A DNA stretch of 64,000 nt from Amphiscolops sp. MND2022 (taxonomy: Eukaryota), in the NCBI GenBank assembly GCA_964187785.1, contig OZ076409.1, positions 46,316,001 through 46,380,000 of the forward strand, in the 5' to 3' direction. The notes under the pieces were generated by a model. The model did not search any database. It saw nothing but the letters and a program-made list of their open reading frames with translations, and was not told the origin of the DNA. This document shows, one piece after another, positions 13,197-25,939 of this stretch. The first letter of the stretch is position 1. The number at the start of each line of letters is the position of its first letter. The translations under genes and the position numbers were made by a program.

Positions 13197-13661
13197 CTCC
13201 CGATCTTGATATACATGAGAAAATGACTTTCAAGCTTCGTCAATATTGATCAGAGAAACGTCAAACAAATGTTTCAAATCTAGAAGAAATTCTTACAAAA
13301 CACGGCTAGTCTGAGTGACTATTTTTAATAGAATATTTCTTATGTCATATTTCTTTAGTCAAGCTAGAACCTGGAAGTTAATACTGTTCATATTTTTTAA
13401 ATCGATCTCAATGGCATCCACCACTGGGGGATTCATTCAAGTGTAAATCTTTTACACTTTTTAACTGTTTAGATTCTCATCTGGTATACTTATTAACTGG
13501 TCAACTGATCTAAGCTCTAGCCGCAGCTGGAATTCAATTTTAAGCAAGTGAAAATGTCTGCAACGATACGAAAATTACTTAATTAAAATTTGAATTAAAT
13601 TTAATTCCACAAAACAATTTAAAAAATTTATTCGAAAACAATCACTGAAATAAAAGGCAAA

Positions 13662-14594
13662 TCATTGCTTAAAAGTACTTTGATAACAAAACAAGACTTG
13701 GCTCACCGGGGGTCTGATTGTGTAATCCACCTCGGTGCACACTTGAAATAGCACAAGCAAAGGTTCATATATCTTTGGAAAATCGGAAACTTCAGGCCGG
13801 GTACCAATATATTGATCCAACATCGAATCAATGTCAAAATCATTCAAGTCTGTAGCAGACTCTTTCAGTGCCTGAATATGATTCAGATACGGAGGAGTTA
13901 AGGATATCATTTCATAGAGTACTAAACCAAAGCACCAAACATCGCATCTATCAGTTACAGGTACATCTTCTTCAAATTCGGAATACACATCAACTTCCTT
14001 TGGCCGATAGATCTTTGATCCAACATAAGGTTCAATGCTGTCTTTCCTAACTAAATATTTACCGCAAACTGACGGTTTCAGCATTAAACTGACTCCAAAA
14101 TCACAAAGCTTTGTAGTCCCTTTAACAGTATTGACAAGTATATTTTCACTTTTGATATCTCCATGCAGAATAAAAGCTTCGTTGTGTAGGTAATGTAAAG
14201 CATCTAGAATTGAAGAAATTATACTCAAATAACTCTGTAGCGTCATCAACTCACATTTTTCATTGGCTATTTTTTCGAGAATGGATGCCAGAGAGTCACC
14301 ACCATACTCTAAACTTATACTTTCGCTCACGTTTTCTGAATCGTATTTCAGCTTGATGATGCAACTGTGATTCAAAGTCCGCAGTAGTTCAGCTTCTTTA
14401 TGAAGACGTTCTTTAACGACGTTACGAAGACGCGATTTTGTCGTTATTTTTTTCAATGCCCAAGGAGACGAAAAGTTCTTTCCATTCGGAGTTAATTCAG
14501 ACAGTTTATAGACTGATACTCCAGTCCCATAACCAACTTTTTTGGATATAGGGGTTCCTTTTGCAGTCAACGTCAAGTCAGCTGGAAAACTCAT
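13662..14594 (-). CDS. PBK: PBK/TOPK-like (lymphokine-activated killer T-cell-originated) protein kinase, intronless, 310 aa
   Basis: KVGYGTGVSVY, SSPWALKKI, ERLHKEAELLRTLNH, LHGDIKSENILV, KLCDFGVSL, YVGS..YRPKE, DVWCFGLVLYEM and GTRP match the TOPK family. Confidence 0.9.
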   Translation of the reverse strand: MSFPADLTLTAKGTPISKKVGYGTGVSVYKLSELTPNGKNFSSPWALKKITTKSRLRNVVKERLHKEAELLRTLNHSCIIKLKYDSENVSESISLEYGGDSLASILEKIANEKCELMTLQSYLSIISSILDALHYLHNEAFILHGDIKSENILVNTVKGTTKLCDFGVSLMLKPSVCGKYLVRKDSIEPYVGSKIYRPKEVDVYSEFEEDVPVTDRCDVWCFGLVLYEMISLTPPYLNHIQALKESATDLNDFDIDSMLDQYIGTRPEVSDFPKIYEPLLVLFQVCTEVDYTIRPPVSQVLFCYQSTFKQ

Positions 14595-15917
14595 TTCAAA
14601 AGTTTGTTCTATGGATTGACAGTTTGTTCTAAGTTGAGAACAAAGAGCATTCTAAAAGGACCAATATATCTGAAAAAGACTGAATCACCTGATTCAAGAG
14701 CTTCTAAGGCTTTGTTTCTTTCGGAAACATCAATATGTATAAAATCTAAGATTACGGGCTATTCAGACATAATTTGAGCACATCAATTTTGATGAATCAG
14801 AGGTTAGTAAGTGCTATAATTTCAATTATTGGTTTTCTCGTTCACTATCATGTTTCGGGGTGTTGTTTACTAATGGGGTATTCTTGCAGCTTTATGGTCG
14901 AAACGTCCAGAGTCCATGACAAAATTAATCACTAATGCAATCGAACATAATTGATTTTAGCTAAACCTCGAGCATTCGCCTCCTTTCATTGCTCATATCT
15001 AATTTTCAAAGTTTTTTTTTCCGAAATCAACTATCGTATCGCCGTCGTAATAATTTCTCCTTCCAAATGAATTTTAACCAAAAAGCTATCATTACAAACA
15101 ACAGATTGTAAGAATTTTGGCGAAATTTTTTAGAGAAAAACTATCTACGAACTATTGATTTCTTAATTCCTGCCTATATCTCAAATATTGAGATTCCCAA
15201 TTTGGGAGAAATCATTTCTCAGCCGCAGTGATGATCATATTATAGTCTTCTTAATAGACTATAATAGTAAAACTAATTAAAGCTACAACTAATTTTTGCG
15301 CTATTTATAGCGAATTCTAATATAGAATGCTATAATCAGAATAATAGCGTCAGTTACCATTGACAGACCGGGTTCTTCCAAAATGCAAGACAAGAATGAC
15401 CATTTCTTTCTAGGCTGGCCCAGTATGCTCTTGGTGTATTCCTTCGCCAGCAATTACAGAAAGTTTTTTTCTAAAGCAGAGTTTTTCTAACTTGTCGGTT
15501 GGACAACGATACCGAATCTTAACAGAAAAGACAAAGCTTCCTCCATACAACTCAATAACTTTTCTCCAGGAAGATGAAGTTATTGGTCCACCTTTCTCCA
15601 GGATGATGATGATGATTTCTTTCACTGCCTACTGTGGGCATTTTAGTGTCCATAGAGGTACTCTGGCTTTGTTTTGACCTCTCTATAATTTCTCTGATGC
15701 GCTTTCTTCGGAGCACTTGTTCTTTTTGCAAATTCCATTCGTCTTTATGATAACCAGCTACTTCTGTTTGTCTCTTATTTCTGCTGCCATAATTTGAGCT
15801 TCGGGTTTCTTATAATCTTCTTGCAAATTGTTGCTAATTCTGGATTCCTCGAACAGTTCAAAAGGTTTACTGTAATGTCTGCACGCCCGTAACCCAGGTT
15901 CTTCCAGTTGAATTCAT

Positions 15918-18900
15918 CTAGTTGACCCTCACATCTTCTTCTACCATTGGACAATCACACAAAATGTGTTCTACAGTCTGAATATCTTCCATGCACCGGC
16001 ATAGGGGCGATTCTACCAGACTTCGTTGCCAAAGAAAATGGTACATTGTATTGTTTTCATAAAAGAAACTCATATACAGCACTTCATCTAGTCGTGAGAA
16101 GTCCGGTGGAATCGGTAAGGGCTCGCACGACACCTTTGGGATGTTCGCTTTTCCCTCTAGCGACAACGTATTGTTTATCGACTCCTGCCACAGAATTTCA
16201 GAGTACTTTGCTGTAAGACTTCTGTCGTATGAGTAACAGTTCGAGCTAAGGTAGACCAATCGACTCAGGTTACGTTTCAGCTCCTCCATTAGACTGTGTT
16301 CGATTTCAGTAAAACACTCCGGGCGTTCGGTTCTTTTCCACTCCAGGAAGCGAACCACGTCTTTCAAATCTTTTGCGATTGTTGATCCTGGGCAGCCACT
16401 CAATTTTTTGGTTATGTAGTCCATGTACACGTCGTTTTTGGAAACCCCGCTCTGTTGAAATGTTTTCAGGTAGTGTTTAATAGAGTTCATCTTGTTCCAG
16501 ATCGACAGCGGTGGTAGACCTGTAATAACCTCTGCAATGGATTGGTTTACATTGTAAATTGTCCCAATGGATCGCTTCAACATTTCGTACCAGATACCAT
16601 TTATCGACCGAATGTTCTTGGTTGTCATCCATACTATACCCCCTTGGAGAAGAATCGGAAGAAATGTAGTTGTAATGAGTTTTACTATGACTTGGTGATT
16701 GAGACCATTGGTCCTGCTCGTTAATCTGGTAATCATCCTCCATCTGTTGCACATTTTCTTCGCCATTTTACAGCTGTGATCTTCGAAAGATAGTTTATTG
16801 TCGATGCAGACTCTCAATACTTTTGTTGCTGAGGTAAATTGTATATTATTGCTCCCAAGAGGTATTGGATACAACTGTTGTTGTTGTTTTGCCGCCGGTG
16901 AAAAATGAATGAGTTCTGTTTTGTCCTTCTGACAGTTTATCACCATTCTCCACCGTTTCGTCCATACATCGATAGCGTTCATCACAATCTTCATTTCTGA
17001 CATTGCCTCTCCCAACTTGTTTCCCGAAACTTTGACTGTTCCGTCGTCAGCGAATTTGTATATGGCTATGTTATTCCGATCATCAAAACTTTCCTCAAAA
17101 TCATGTAAGAAGAACTTGAAGAGAATTGGAGATATCACTGATCCTTGTGGGAGCCCGTATTCCCCACATTCTCGGTTGGGGCCCTTCATTTCGTTTACTT
17201 GCAGCTGTATCTCCCTATTGTTCATGAAGCTGTCCAAGAGGTTCATGAACTTCCCCGTTACTCCTTTTCCCCACAACTTGACAGCTAAGCCCTTCTTCCA
17301 TACCGAGTCATAGGCCTTCTCGAAGTCGATGAAGAGGCATACCGTCTCCCTTTTGCTTTGTTTCTCGTCCTTTATCTGATTCACTAACCTGTTGAGATAC
17401 CGGATAGTGTTTTTGTTCTTGGAGAACCCTTCTTGATTTTTGTCCCACACATTGACTCGATTTAAGTGTTTGGCTAATCGTTCCGTTAATAGTTTCTCAA
17501 GCACTTTTCCAATGAAAGGAGTTATTGAAATCGGCCGGTATGCGCCGGCACTTGCATATGAGGTTTTACCTTCCTTTCTAAGAAATAATATTTTCGCTGC
17601 ACGCCATACCCATGAGCCTGTTTCGAGGCATCCATTGAATAAATGCGTTAGTGCCTGTATAGCATTCGCGCCCAACCTTCTCAGCATCGAGGGATGGAAA
17701 CCAGCATTATCGAAGTTTTTTGCGTTGCATTTGTCCTTTTGGAGGGCTCGTCAGATTTCACCTTCTGTTATCGTGTTGTTCAAGTCACTAATAGTTTCTT
17801 CTAAGCCTTTAAAGTGATTCAACTTCAGGTCTTCGTATCAAATATTGGTTTCCATGAAGAAGTCTTCGTCGAAGTCTTTCTCGTTCTGCTTTATGTGTTT
17901 TGTTTCGAAAAACGTTTCGAACATTTCGTGTTCAATTTCTACATTTCCTGACAGTCTTTCTTTCCGGTCGTTCCAGAGTGATTCAATTTGGTTGCTTGTA
18001 TTAGATTTCGTCATACGCATCAACTGCCTCCAGAAAACCTCTGCTTGTGCTCGGTTGAGTTTGGACGTTTCCTGTGACAAGTGATCTTCTAGAGCCTTCT
18101 TCCTGGTATTCTCAAAAACTTCTTTCCACCTCCTATATTCCTCGAGGTTGTTGTCCGTGTTTCTGGTCAGGTAGGATTTTAAAGCTTTCCGCATTTTTCT
18201 TGAGATAGCTGAAAGTTCCTCGGTCCAGTACGGTTTTGGAGTGAGGAGAAATTCGTTTTGTCTGACAATTTCGGGTAGTTGAAGTTTCAATGACCAACCG
18301 AAATTTGTCCCACAGCTTGGAGCATTCAGCTTCGTTTTTCGGTTCTTCGATACCCTTTGCTAATTGCTCCTCTGTTTCTGTCGTCCAATTGAGCCAATTC
18401 ATCGATTGAAGATCCAGTTTCTCGACTACAGGATTTGCCTTTCTGGACTTCCTACCAAGGAGGGTTGCCCATACAGGTACGTGTCCCCTCGTCGGTGCAC
18501 CCGTAGCAAGGTTGGCCAGTTCATCGGTGCAAATGTTTGTTATCTTGACTGTAAGGTTGCTAGATATCACCATGAAATCGATTTTACTACATCCATTTGC
18601 CGCTATGAAGGTTGGCGTTTCTGTTGTACTGATTGTGAAATCTTCCCAGTTTAGGTTATTTGTCAGAATTTCGCCGTATGTGTTTGTCTTCTCGTCCCAA
18701 GATGTATGTCGAGCGTTGAAGTCCCCCATAGTGATTATCCCTTTGCATCCGTGAATTTTCGCCATCTTTTCTGCACATTTCAGCATCTTGAGGAATTCCA
18801 TAACCCCTTTTTCATACCCCAGTTTCAGATACGTAGTACCAAACAGGAGCCTATTTCCGTCCCTTTCCAAAACCCCCCATACGGTGTCTATGCTTTTTGA

Positions 18901-19128
18901 TTGCTCGGATATTTCAACCAGTTGTGTGAAGCTCAGGCCATTCTTGACGAGAATTGCACATCCTTTGTTCTGTTGTTCATTGGTGTCTTGATAAACCGCC
19001 ATGTTATAGATGTTTGCCTTCTCGAAGGTCCCCGTTTCTTGCAGGCAAACTGTCCTGGGTTTCTTTCGAAGATATACTGATTGAGCAAAAAACGGCTTTT
19101 CTCTGAAAATTGACAGAACATATATCAC
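15918..19128 (-). pseudogene. LINE ORF2 (APE endonuclease + reverse transcriptase), disrupted
   Basis: CLQET, MGDFNARH..W, SKIDF (APE); YRPISI, FIDFEKAYDSV, GLPQGSVISP, KFADD (RT); three ORF pieces. Confidence 0.9.
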
Positions 19129-19160
19129 CGCTTGGGGTCACTTTCTCTCTGGACGTGGAT

Positions 19161-19870
19161 TCACCATGCATTCTGCTGATACAAAAATGTTTCCATTTTT
19201 TCAATGTAGACTGGACAATCTATTGTTCCCGCTTTATGGTTCCCCTTACAGTGATGGCATTTAAACTCTGTTACGGTACATGATCGTGTGTCATGCTTGT
19301 CGTCACACATCCCACATCGAACCTCTTTAATGCAGTACCGATGCACATGGCCATATTCTTGGCAATTCGCACACTTGATGACTCTGGTCTTCCTTTTATA
19401 CTCCTCAACTATGTATCTCTGATTGTACATACTCAACTTGCTATCTATAGCTTTTGTAGGCTCTGCCTACTTTTGAAGTCAACCTTCACCATTCCGATAA
19501 ATTTATTGTCCGTTTTCCTTCTGAAAAGCTCGCACTGTGCGTTGGGGAAGCTGTCTTGAATTCCTGTTACTATTTCCTCTTCCGTCAGGTCTTCGTATAT
19601 ATGCTTGACTACACCGCATGTGTTGATCTCACCCGGGGTTTTCATGCCTTTGTTCCCTCCGAAGAGTTCTTGTGTCCAACCATTTTCAAAAGCTTGCGCT
19701 GCTTGTTCGTCTTCAAATTCAAAAAGGATTGATCCTCCACTGGTTACTCTGCAGTGCTTTATAATAATTCCTTTGAATGTTTTGTTGAACTCTCTCCTGA
19801 TCGCGACACTTGTTCTGATCTCCAGGAAAGTTTTCTCCAGGAAAGTTGAGAAAGTATTTTCTTTCAGCAT
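19161..19870 (-). pseudogene. LINE ORF1 (gag-like, three zinc knuckles), disrupted
   Basis: CANCQEYGHVHRYC, CGMCDDKHDTRSC, CHHCKGNHKAGTIDC; split into ORFs 19445-19918 and 19161-19436. Confidence 0.85.
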
Positions 19871-20058
19871 CTGAAAACAAACAGCATAGAGATATGAAAA
19901 AAGAAAGCATACCAACAAAGGCTGAAGGGACCCTCGGATAGTCTGGGGAGAACCACAGGAATGTACGTCTAACGGATTATAGTAAGTTCGTAGACTTCCA
20001 AAAACTTACTACAGGTAACTTTGTAGAACTTTTTCTACAAACTTGCTCTAGTTTTAAA

Positions 20059-22063
20059 CAGGGTTTTCAAACTCAAACTCAAACTTTGAAACTCAAACTC
20101 AAACTTTCAATCTTTTAGGTTTCAAACTCAAATTCAAACCAAACTTCATTATATTGTCAAACTCAAACCCAAACTCAAGCTCATGAGAAAAGTTCAAACA
20201 GTTTGAGTTGTTTGACTATTTCTTAATATAACGCAGATGGCTATAATTTTTTCATTTTTATTAAAATTTTAGCAAGGTGATTCAAAAACTTTATTTTTAG
20301 ATCGTATGGTTCGTTTGCGTTATGTCAGACTGCGGGTCAGACATTGTAAAGCTCTGCAAATTAATCAAGGTGCCGCATTTACCCTGCCTTGCACACGTTC
20401 TGAATATTCTCGCTAAGAAGCTAATTGGAATTGACGCAGATTTTTCTGTTCCCGAAGATGATGAAACTGGAGATGAATTGGACGACATTTTTGCGTTAGG
20501 GTTCTCAGGAGAGGTCAAAACTGCTGTTAAAACCGTCAAATCTTCAGGATTTTCTAGCAATTCAAAAAATAAAGCAACCAGAATTGATATCACCGTTGAA
20601 GCCATTGCTCGCAAATGCAACAAGATGGAATTCTACTCATCGGGTGGCTGTAAATAGGTCGATTTTTCTGGTCGAAAGGACAGAGGTCGAACCTTTTGAT
20701 CGAATTGCAGGGATCGAATAGAATGCGGTCGAATTTTATCGTATTTGTTGTATGGCTCGGTCGCTTCGCTCCCTTCGCCAAGTAGCAACATTGAGGCATG
20801 GCCATATGGCACGTCGCTCCGCTTCGCTTCGCTCCTGCATTCAGGGCACTAGGGCTATGTGAACATATCTGACTACGTTATAAAAATTTCGATCAGAGTT
20901 GTTTCGATCCCATTCAAAAATTTGGTATGTCGACCTGAGGACTAATTCTGATTTTCGATCCCGTTCCTTCGACCTTTTTCCGCCCACCCTACTTATCTCA
21001 TGCTTAATCGATTTTTAGTTTTGCAAAAGTCCATTACCGCGTTTACTCAGAATAGTTATAAATTATAAAAATCGATTGAGCATGAGATAAGTAGAATTCC
21101 ATCTTGTTGCATTTGCGAGCAATTGCTTCAACTTATAATTGGAACGAAATCAAGAAGCTAAGAGATTCACTTCATCCATTGTACGAGGTAACCATGAAAT
21201 TGTAATATGGTATTGAGTATTCTGCTCACCCGTTTGATTTTTATGTTCAGTGCGTTGATTACACTTGATGATATTTGCATCAAGAAAAGTCTCTGACCGA
21301 CGTTAGGAATCCCGTTATGCAGCTTCTTAAAAAGTAGTGTAGTACCAATAACGTTGTCATACAAGCATTTAAGAAATCTGGTCCATTGTATGACAAATTG
21401 ATTGGTATGGTATCTGATGTCGATAATTCGCCAAATTCAAGGGCTGACGATCATCCGTATACTGCCGATATAAATAATTCATATGATGCCTATTTAGCGA
21501 AGCAAGGGAATTGTCCAGTTGATCAATTGGTTACGTCAATTTTGGCTGATATTCCTGTTTCAAATTCTGATATGGAACGTTTATTCAGTTATGCAAAGTT
21601 TCTGAAAATTTCAATTCAAATTCGCATGGATCCAGAGATTTTTACTCGTAACGTCTTTCTGAAGATGACTGAGGAGCTAAATTTGATTGTTAGTATGAAC
21701 ACTGCCGCGCCAAAGGTTCTAACTCCAATTGTAATTGACAATTGAAACCATGTGCCATGTGCCATTCCATATTTTTTGTTAGAACATTTGTTGAAATTCC
21801 ATATTTTTTGTTAAACGTTTTTGTTAAAACATTTGGAAAACATTTTTTGTTAAAACAATGTGTTTTATGCAAGTTACAAGAGGTGTTCGTTCATTATTCA
21901 TAACAGTTTGTTACGCGTTTGCCTAAATTTCAAACTATTTAACAATTTTCAAACTACCAAACTCAAACTCAAACTCTAAAATCAAATCAAACTCAAACTC
22001 AAACTATTTGGGTTCAAACATTCAAACTTCAAACCAGGTTGCTTCAAACGTTTGAAAACCCTG
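20059..22063 (+). mobile_element. Internally deleted hAT DNA transposon
   Basis: TIRs cagggttttcaaac / gtttgaaaaccctg, 8-bp TSD GTTTTAAA, subterminal CAAACT repeats, transposase remnants PCLAHVLN, TRWNST.LMLNRF and SNSDMERLFS. Confidence 0.9.
20640..20991. mobile_element. MITE nested in the hAT transposase
   Basis: Splits TRWNST/YLMLNRF; ends gggtgg...ccaccc; its left part recurs at ~22918-22998. Confidence 0.6.
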
Positions 22064-23008
22064 GTTTTAAACTGAATTCTAAACAAAACTGAATGAAGGG
22101 GATTTTCACTACCGTTAGGACTTCGCCAAGCAAGACGTCCGCTGGCGGCCCTTGAGCACTAGTAAAGGTGGCGGTGTAGATGAAGTCTCAGGACAATATT
22201 GAATGATGATTGGCCTATCTGACGTTGTTCCATTTTTAGTCAGCGCTTCATGATTTTTCATACCACACTACAGACCAAAATAGTTCCACAAAGTTCTACA
22301 AAACTTTATGATGTCAAAATGAAGCATTTGACCTAGCGAACAGAATCAAAAAGGTTTTTCCTTCTTTTCCTCGTAACAACAGCCTAATTGTTGTGATAAA
22401 CTTATTAAATAGCTTATGCAAGTGAACGCATTCGCTCTTTAATAAGTCATTTCAGTTGTTCTCGTGTAAAGCCCGGCCTTTTGGGTGTCCCTTGCAAAAG
22501 GGTTTTCAGAAACCGGCCCGAACTGGACACTTATATATGGATAACTACAGCAGGAAGTACCCAATTACAATCTGCTAATCAGATATCATTCATTGGACTG
22601 GACCTTCACTGGTTGCAGAATAGCCTCGGAAGATTACACCTGGACCTGGCATGGACGTTCACTGGTTTGCAAAGGGTTCCGTCAAAATTGATTGTTAGTT
22701 CGTTCTAAGTTTATTTCTATCCATCTGTTGCTTTTTCTTTCTACTATTCCATTCATCTGTTGCTTTTTCTCCTGGATGGTTTTAATCATTGGTGCTAGTT
22801 CATTGGACAACATAATTAAACAATACCCACAACGATCAAAACACAGCATCTGTCAAAGTCGATTGCTATTAGAGGCCTAACCTTCGATACCCGCAGTTCT
22901 CGAGGGCAACGAGCCCAACGAGTGGCAGTAAATAGGTCGAATTTTTCGGGTCGAAAGGATAGAGGTCGAACCTTTTGATCAAATTGCAGGGATCGAATTC
23001 GAAACCGA

Positions 23009-25270
23009 CTTCAAAGGCATGCTCTTTTTCGGAGACCTGAATGCCAGACATACATACTGGGGAGACACAACCGCAAACGACCATGGAACCATGTTAGAGG
23101 ATAGAAAGAACGAAAATATCGCTGTAATCAATAATGGTGAACCTACTTTCCTAGCATCAAATGGTAATAGCGTCATCGACTTCGGCATTCTGACTCACTC
23201 CTTATCTTCAAAACCTACATGTCTTACAACAGACGATGAAACGGAACTTTTCATTGGTGCTCCAGCCAGAGTACACATTCTGGTCTGTCTGGAGTTAAAA
23301 TTATCAGCGGAACCTCATGCAGTACAATCCAAGACGTGGATAGAAAAGGCGGATTGGAAATCTTGGCAAAACTTTTTAGAACAAGAACTTTTTGACCCAG
23401 TAAATTGGAATGATGACCCCGGGCGCTGCTGGGAATCTTTTAAAGGCCTACTGACGGAAGCTATGAATCTCTACATTCCGACAAAACGAACCAATAGAAA
23501 CAGCAAGCCGTTCTGGATTGAGGAAATCAGCAAAGCTAGTTATGAATCAAGAGCCTTGAGGCGCAAGTTCAAATACAACTCCAACTACCGAAACGGTCAA
23601 CATCTAGCACAAGCTAGAGATAATTTCAAAAATGAACTGTCTGAGAGCACATCAACATGGATGAGTAAAATTTTAGCCGAAATGGGACATTAACACGGAA
23701 AACAGTTCTGGTCAATTTACAATAGGCTTTTCAAAAGAAAAACCTGCGGGATGGGCCCTATTAAAGACTCCGAGGGAAAATTGCTCTGCGAACAAAAGGA
23801 TATTGCCGAACATTTGAAACAGACTTTCTTTGAAGCCGTTCATTTAAAAAAACCACAGATATGACAAAAGTCTTCGTCAAAAAATCGAGAAGTATCTGCA
23901 AACGGAAGTCCGTATCTCTTTCCAGGAGGAGACATTAGACATTAGCAAGACGAGTTCTCACTCATTGAACTGAAGAAAACGTTGAAAATTGTAAAAAGCA
24001 GCTCGTTCGACAACGATCTCATCCATCCCAAAATTTTGCAAAACTGAGGAGAAAATACCAAGTTGGCAGTTCTCGAATTATTCAATATGAGTTGGACTAA
24101 ATCAATTTGGCCATGGGGAACTTCAAAGATCATTTTCATCAAGAAAGCTGGCAAGAGCGCTTATGACCTTGCATCAATCTTTCGACCTATATCAATAACA
24201 AGCCACATTGGGAAGTTGTTCGAAAGGATGATCGAGCGACGACTGCGTACCTTCCTTGAGGAAGAGAGTATCATCGAAGAAGAACAAGAAGGGTTTGAAA
24301 GTAGAAAGAACACGCTTAGATTCCTCTACAGAGTCGATTTCGAATGTGAATTGGTAAGAACGCATAAAGAATCTGCTGCACTTCTAAACGTAGACATTGA
24401 GAATGCTTCGACAGTGTGTGGCTCGATGGCTTGATCTACAAATTGAAGAATCTGAAAATCAATGGGAAAATGATAAAAATGATTGACGCCTACCTTCGTT
24501 CCAGAAAAGGACAGAATAACCTAGATCCTTACACATCACCCCTGTTCGGTATTCATATTGAAGAACCACAAGGAAGGGTTCTCTCCCCTGTGCTTTTTAT
24601 TATTTTCATCTCTGATTTCCCATCCAACTCATTGAAAAGCTTTAAATTTGCCGATGAATCTTCAGTGCTTCTATCCGGACAGAAAGTTACTGAATCGTTC
24701 AAGGACACCTGCTTAGATATAGAAATATGATGTAGACGCTGGAGATGGCTGTAAACGGGTCGAAAACCGAAATTTTGCCTTTAACCAACTCACCCGAAGA
24801 CTTTAGCCAGATCAATATCAACGGAGAAAAAAGCAAAATTAGCGGAACCACGAAATCACTCGGGCTCAACATTGATTCTAAATTCAACTAGAAACAACAC
24901 ACTGAAATCTAAGTTGCCAAAGCTGCGCGAAACTGGCATATCCTCCGAAAACATTGCAGCACAAAGTGGGGCATTACCATTCCGACCCTAGTCTATCTTA
25001 ACCTATATGTCATACAACCCCAAGTTTTATTTAGAGCACCAATATGGGCACAAAAGAATATCAAATCACTACAACTTTCCCAAAACAATATCCTGAGATT
25101 GATCTTCAAAAACTGTTTCTCGCCACCTATTAGTACAGCTGAAGCTCTCATAGGGATCCCACCAATCGACCTTTTCTGCCAAAGTCTAGCAGTCAAGTTT
25201 TTATTCAAAACAAAGCAAAAAATAACATGTTGAATTTGTTTTATATATATGGATATTGAAGATCCCAAAG
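23009..25270 (+). pseudogene. Second decayed APE-RT LINE ORF2 (5'-truncated)
   Basis: FFGDLNARH..WGD, NGNSVIDF, FRPISITSHIGKLFER, PQGRVLSP, FKFADE; many stops and frameshifts. Confidence 0.85.
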
Positions 25271-25574
25271 GGTCCCTATTTTCCAACTTTTGGATTTTTC
25301 AGGTACTGCAAAAGAATACTTGGCAGTTTGTGAACGAGATATCCAAACAATAGGTTCAACTTGTTAAGTAGAACTCGAGATGGCATTGATTCGAATTTGA
25401 GACGACTGGACATCTCTAACGCTTTTTTGTTGGTTTTTCGCTGAACTTGGGCGCAAAGAACTATTACAACCCGGTGAGATAATTCCATTTAATTTCCTTT
25501 TATCAATTCAAGATTTTGTTTCCTATACTGATTGCTTCACGGTGGTGATTGTTCTTTGGGGAGATTGGCACACA

Positions 25575-25939
25575 CAGGGAGTTCGAAGATTCGACATTTT
25601 GATTATTTGAACTTCGAAATGTCGGATTATAAGTATTCGATTCCAATTCGATATTCCAGAAACTCTCGAAACTTCGATTCGATATTCGATAGCAAAAATC
25701 TTGAAATATTCGAAAATTATTCGAAATAACGATAGGCCACAAACAAAACACTTTAGATGATAATTAATGTTTAATTGGTGTCCTTTTTTCAAAAGCCTAA
25801 ACATGGAAACAACAGTTATTGTATTATTCGATATTCGATATGATATTCAACAACCGTTCGAAGCTTCGATTCGACATTCAAAAGCAACGCGAAGGTTCGA
25901 CTATTCGACCGATAATTCGAAGTCGATTCGAATTCCCTG
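25575..25939. mobile_element. hAT-type MITE (TTCGA-rich)
   Basis: TIRs cagggagttcgaa / ttcgaattccctg, 8-bp TSD GGCACACA. Confidence 0.85.

Larger units (their letters stand above)
15150..22157 (-). mobile_element. Near full-length decayed APE-type LINE, interrupted in its 5' UTR by a hAT element (ends approximate)
   Basis: ORF1 with CCHC knuckles, then APE endonuclease, RT and a C-terminal Cys motif, in the expected order. Confidence 0.8.

Noticed and set aside
19871..20009. Intron in the LINE leader (GTAAGT...TTTTCAG on the minus strand)
   Set aside because: Such motifs are common by chance, and a sense-strand intron would normally be lost on retrotransposition.
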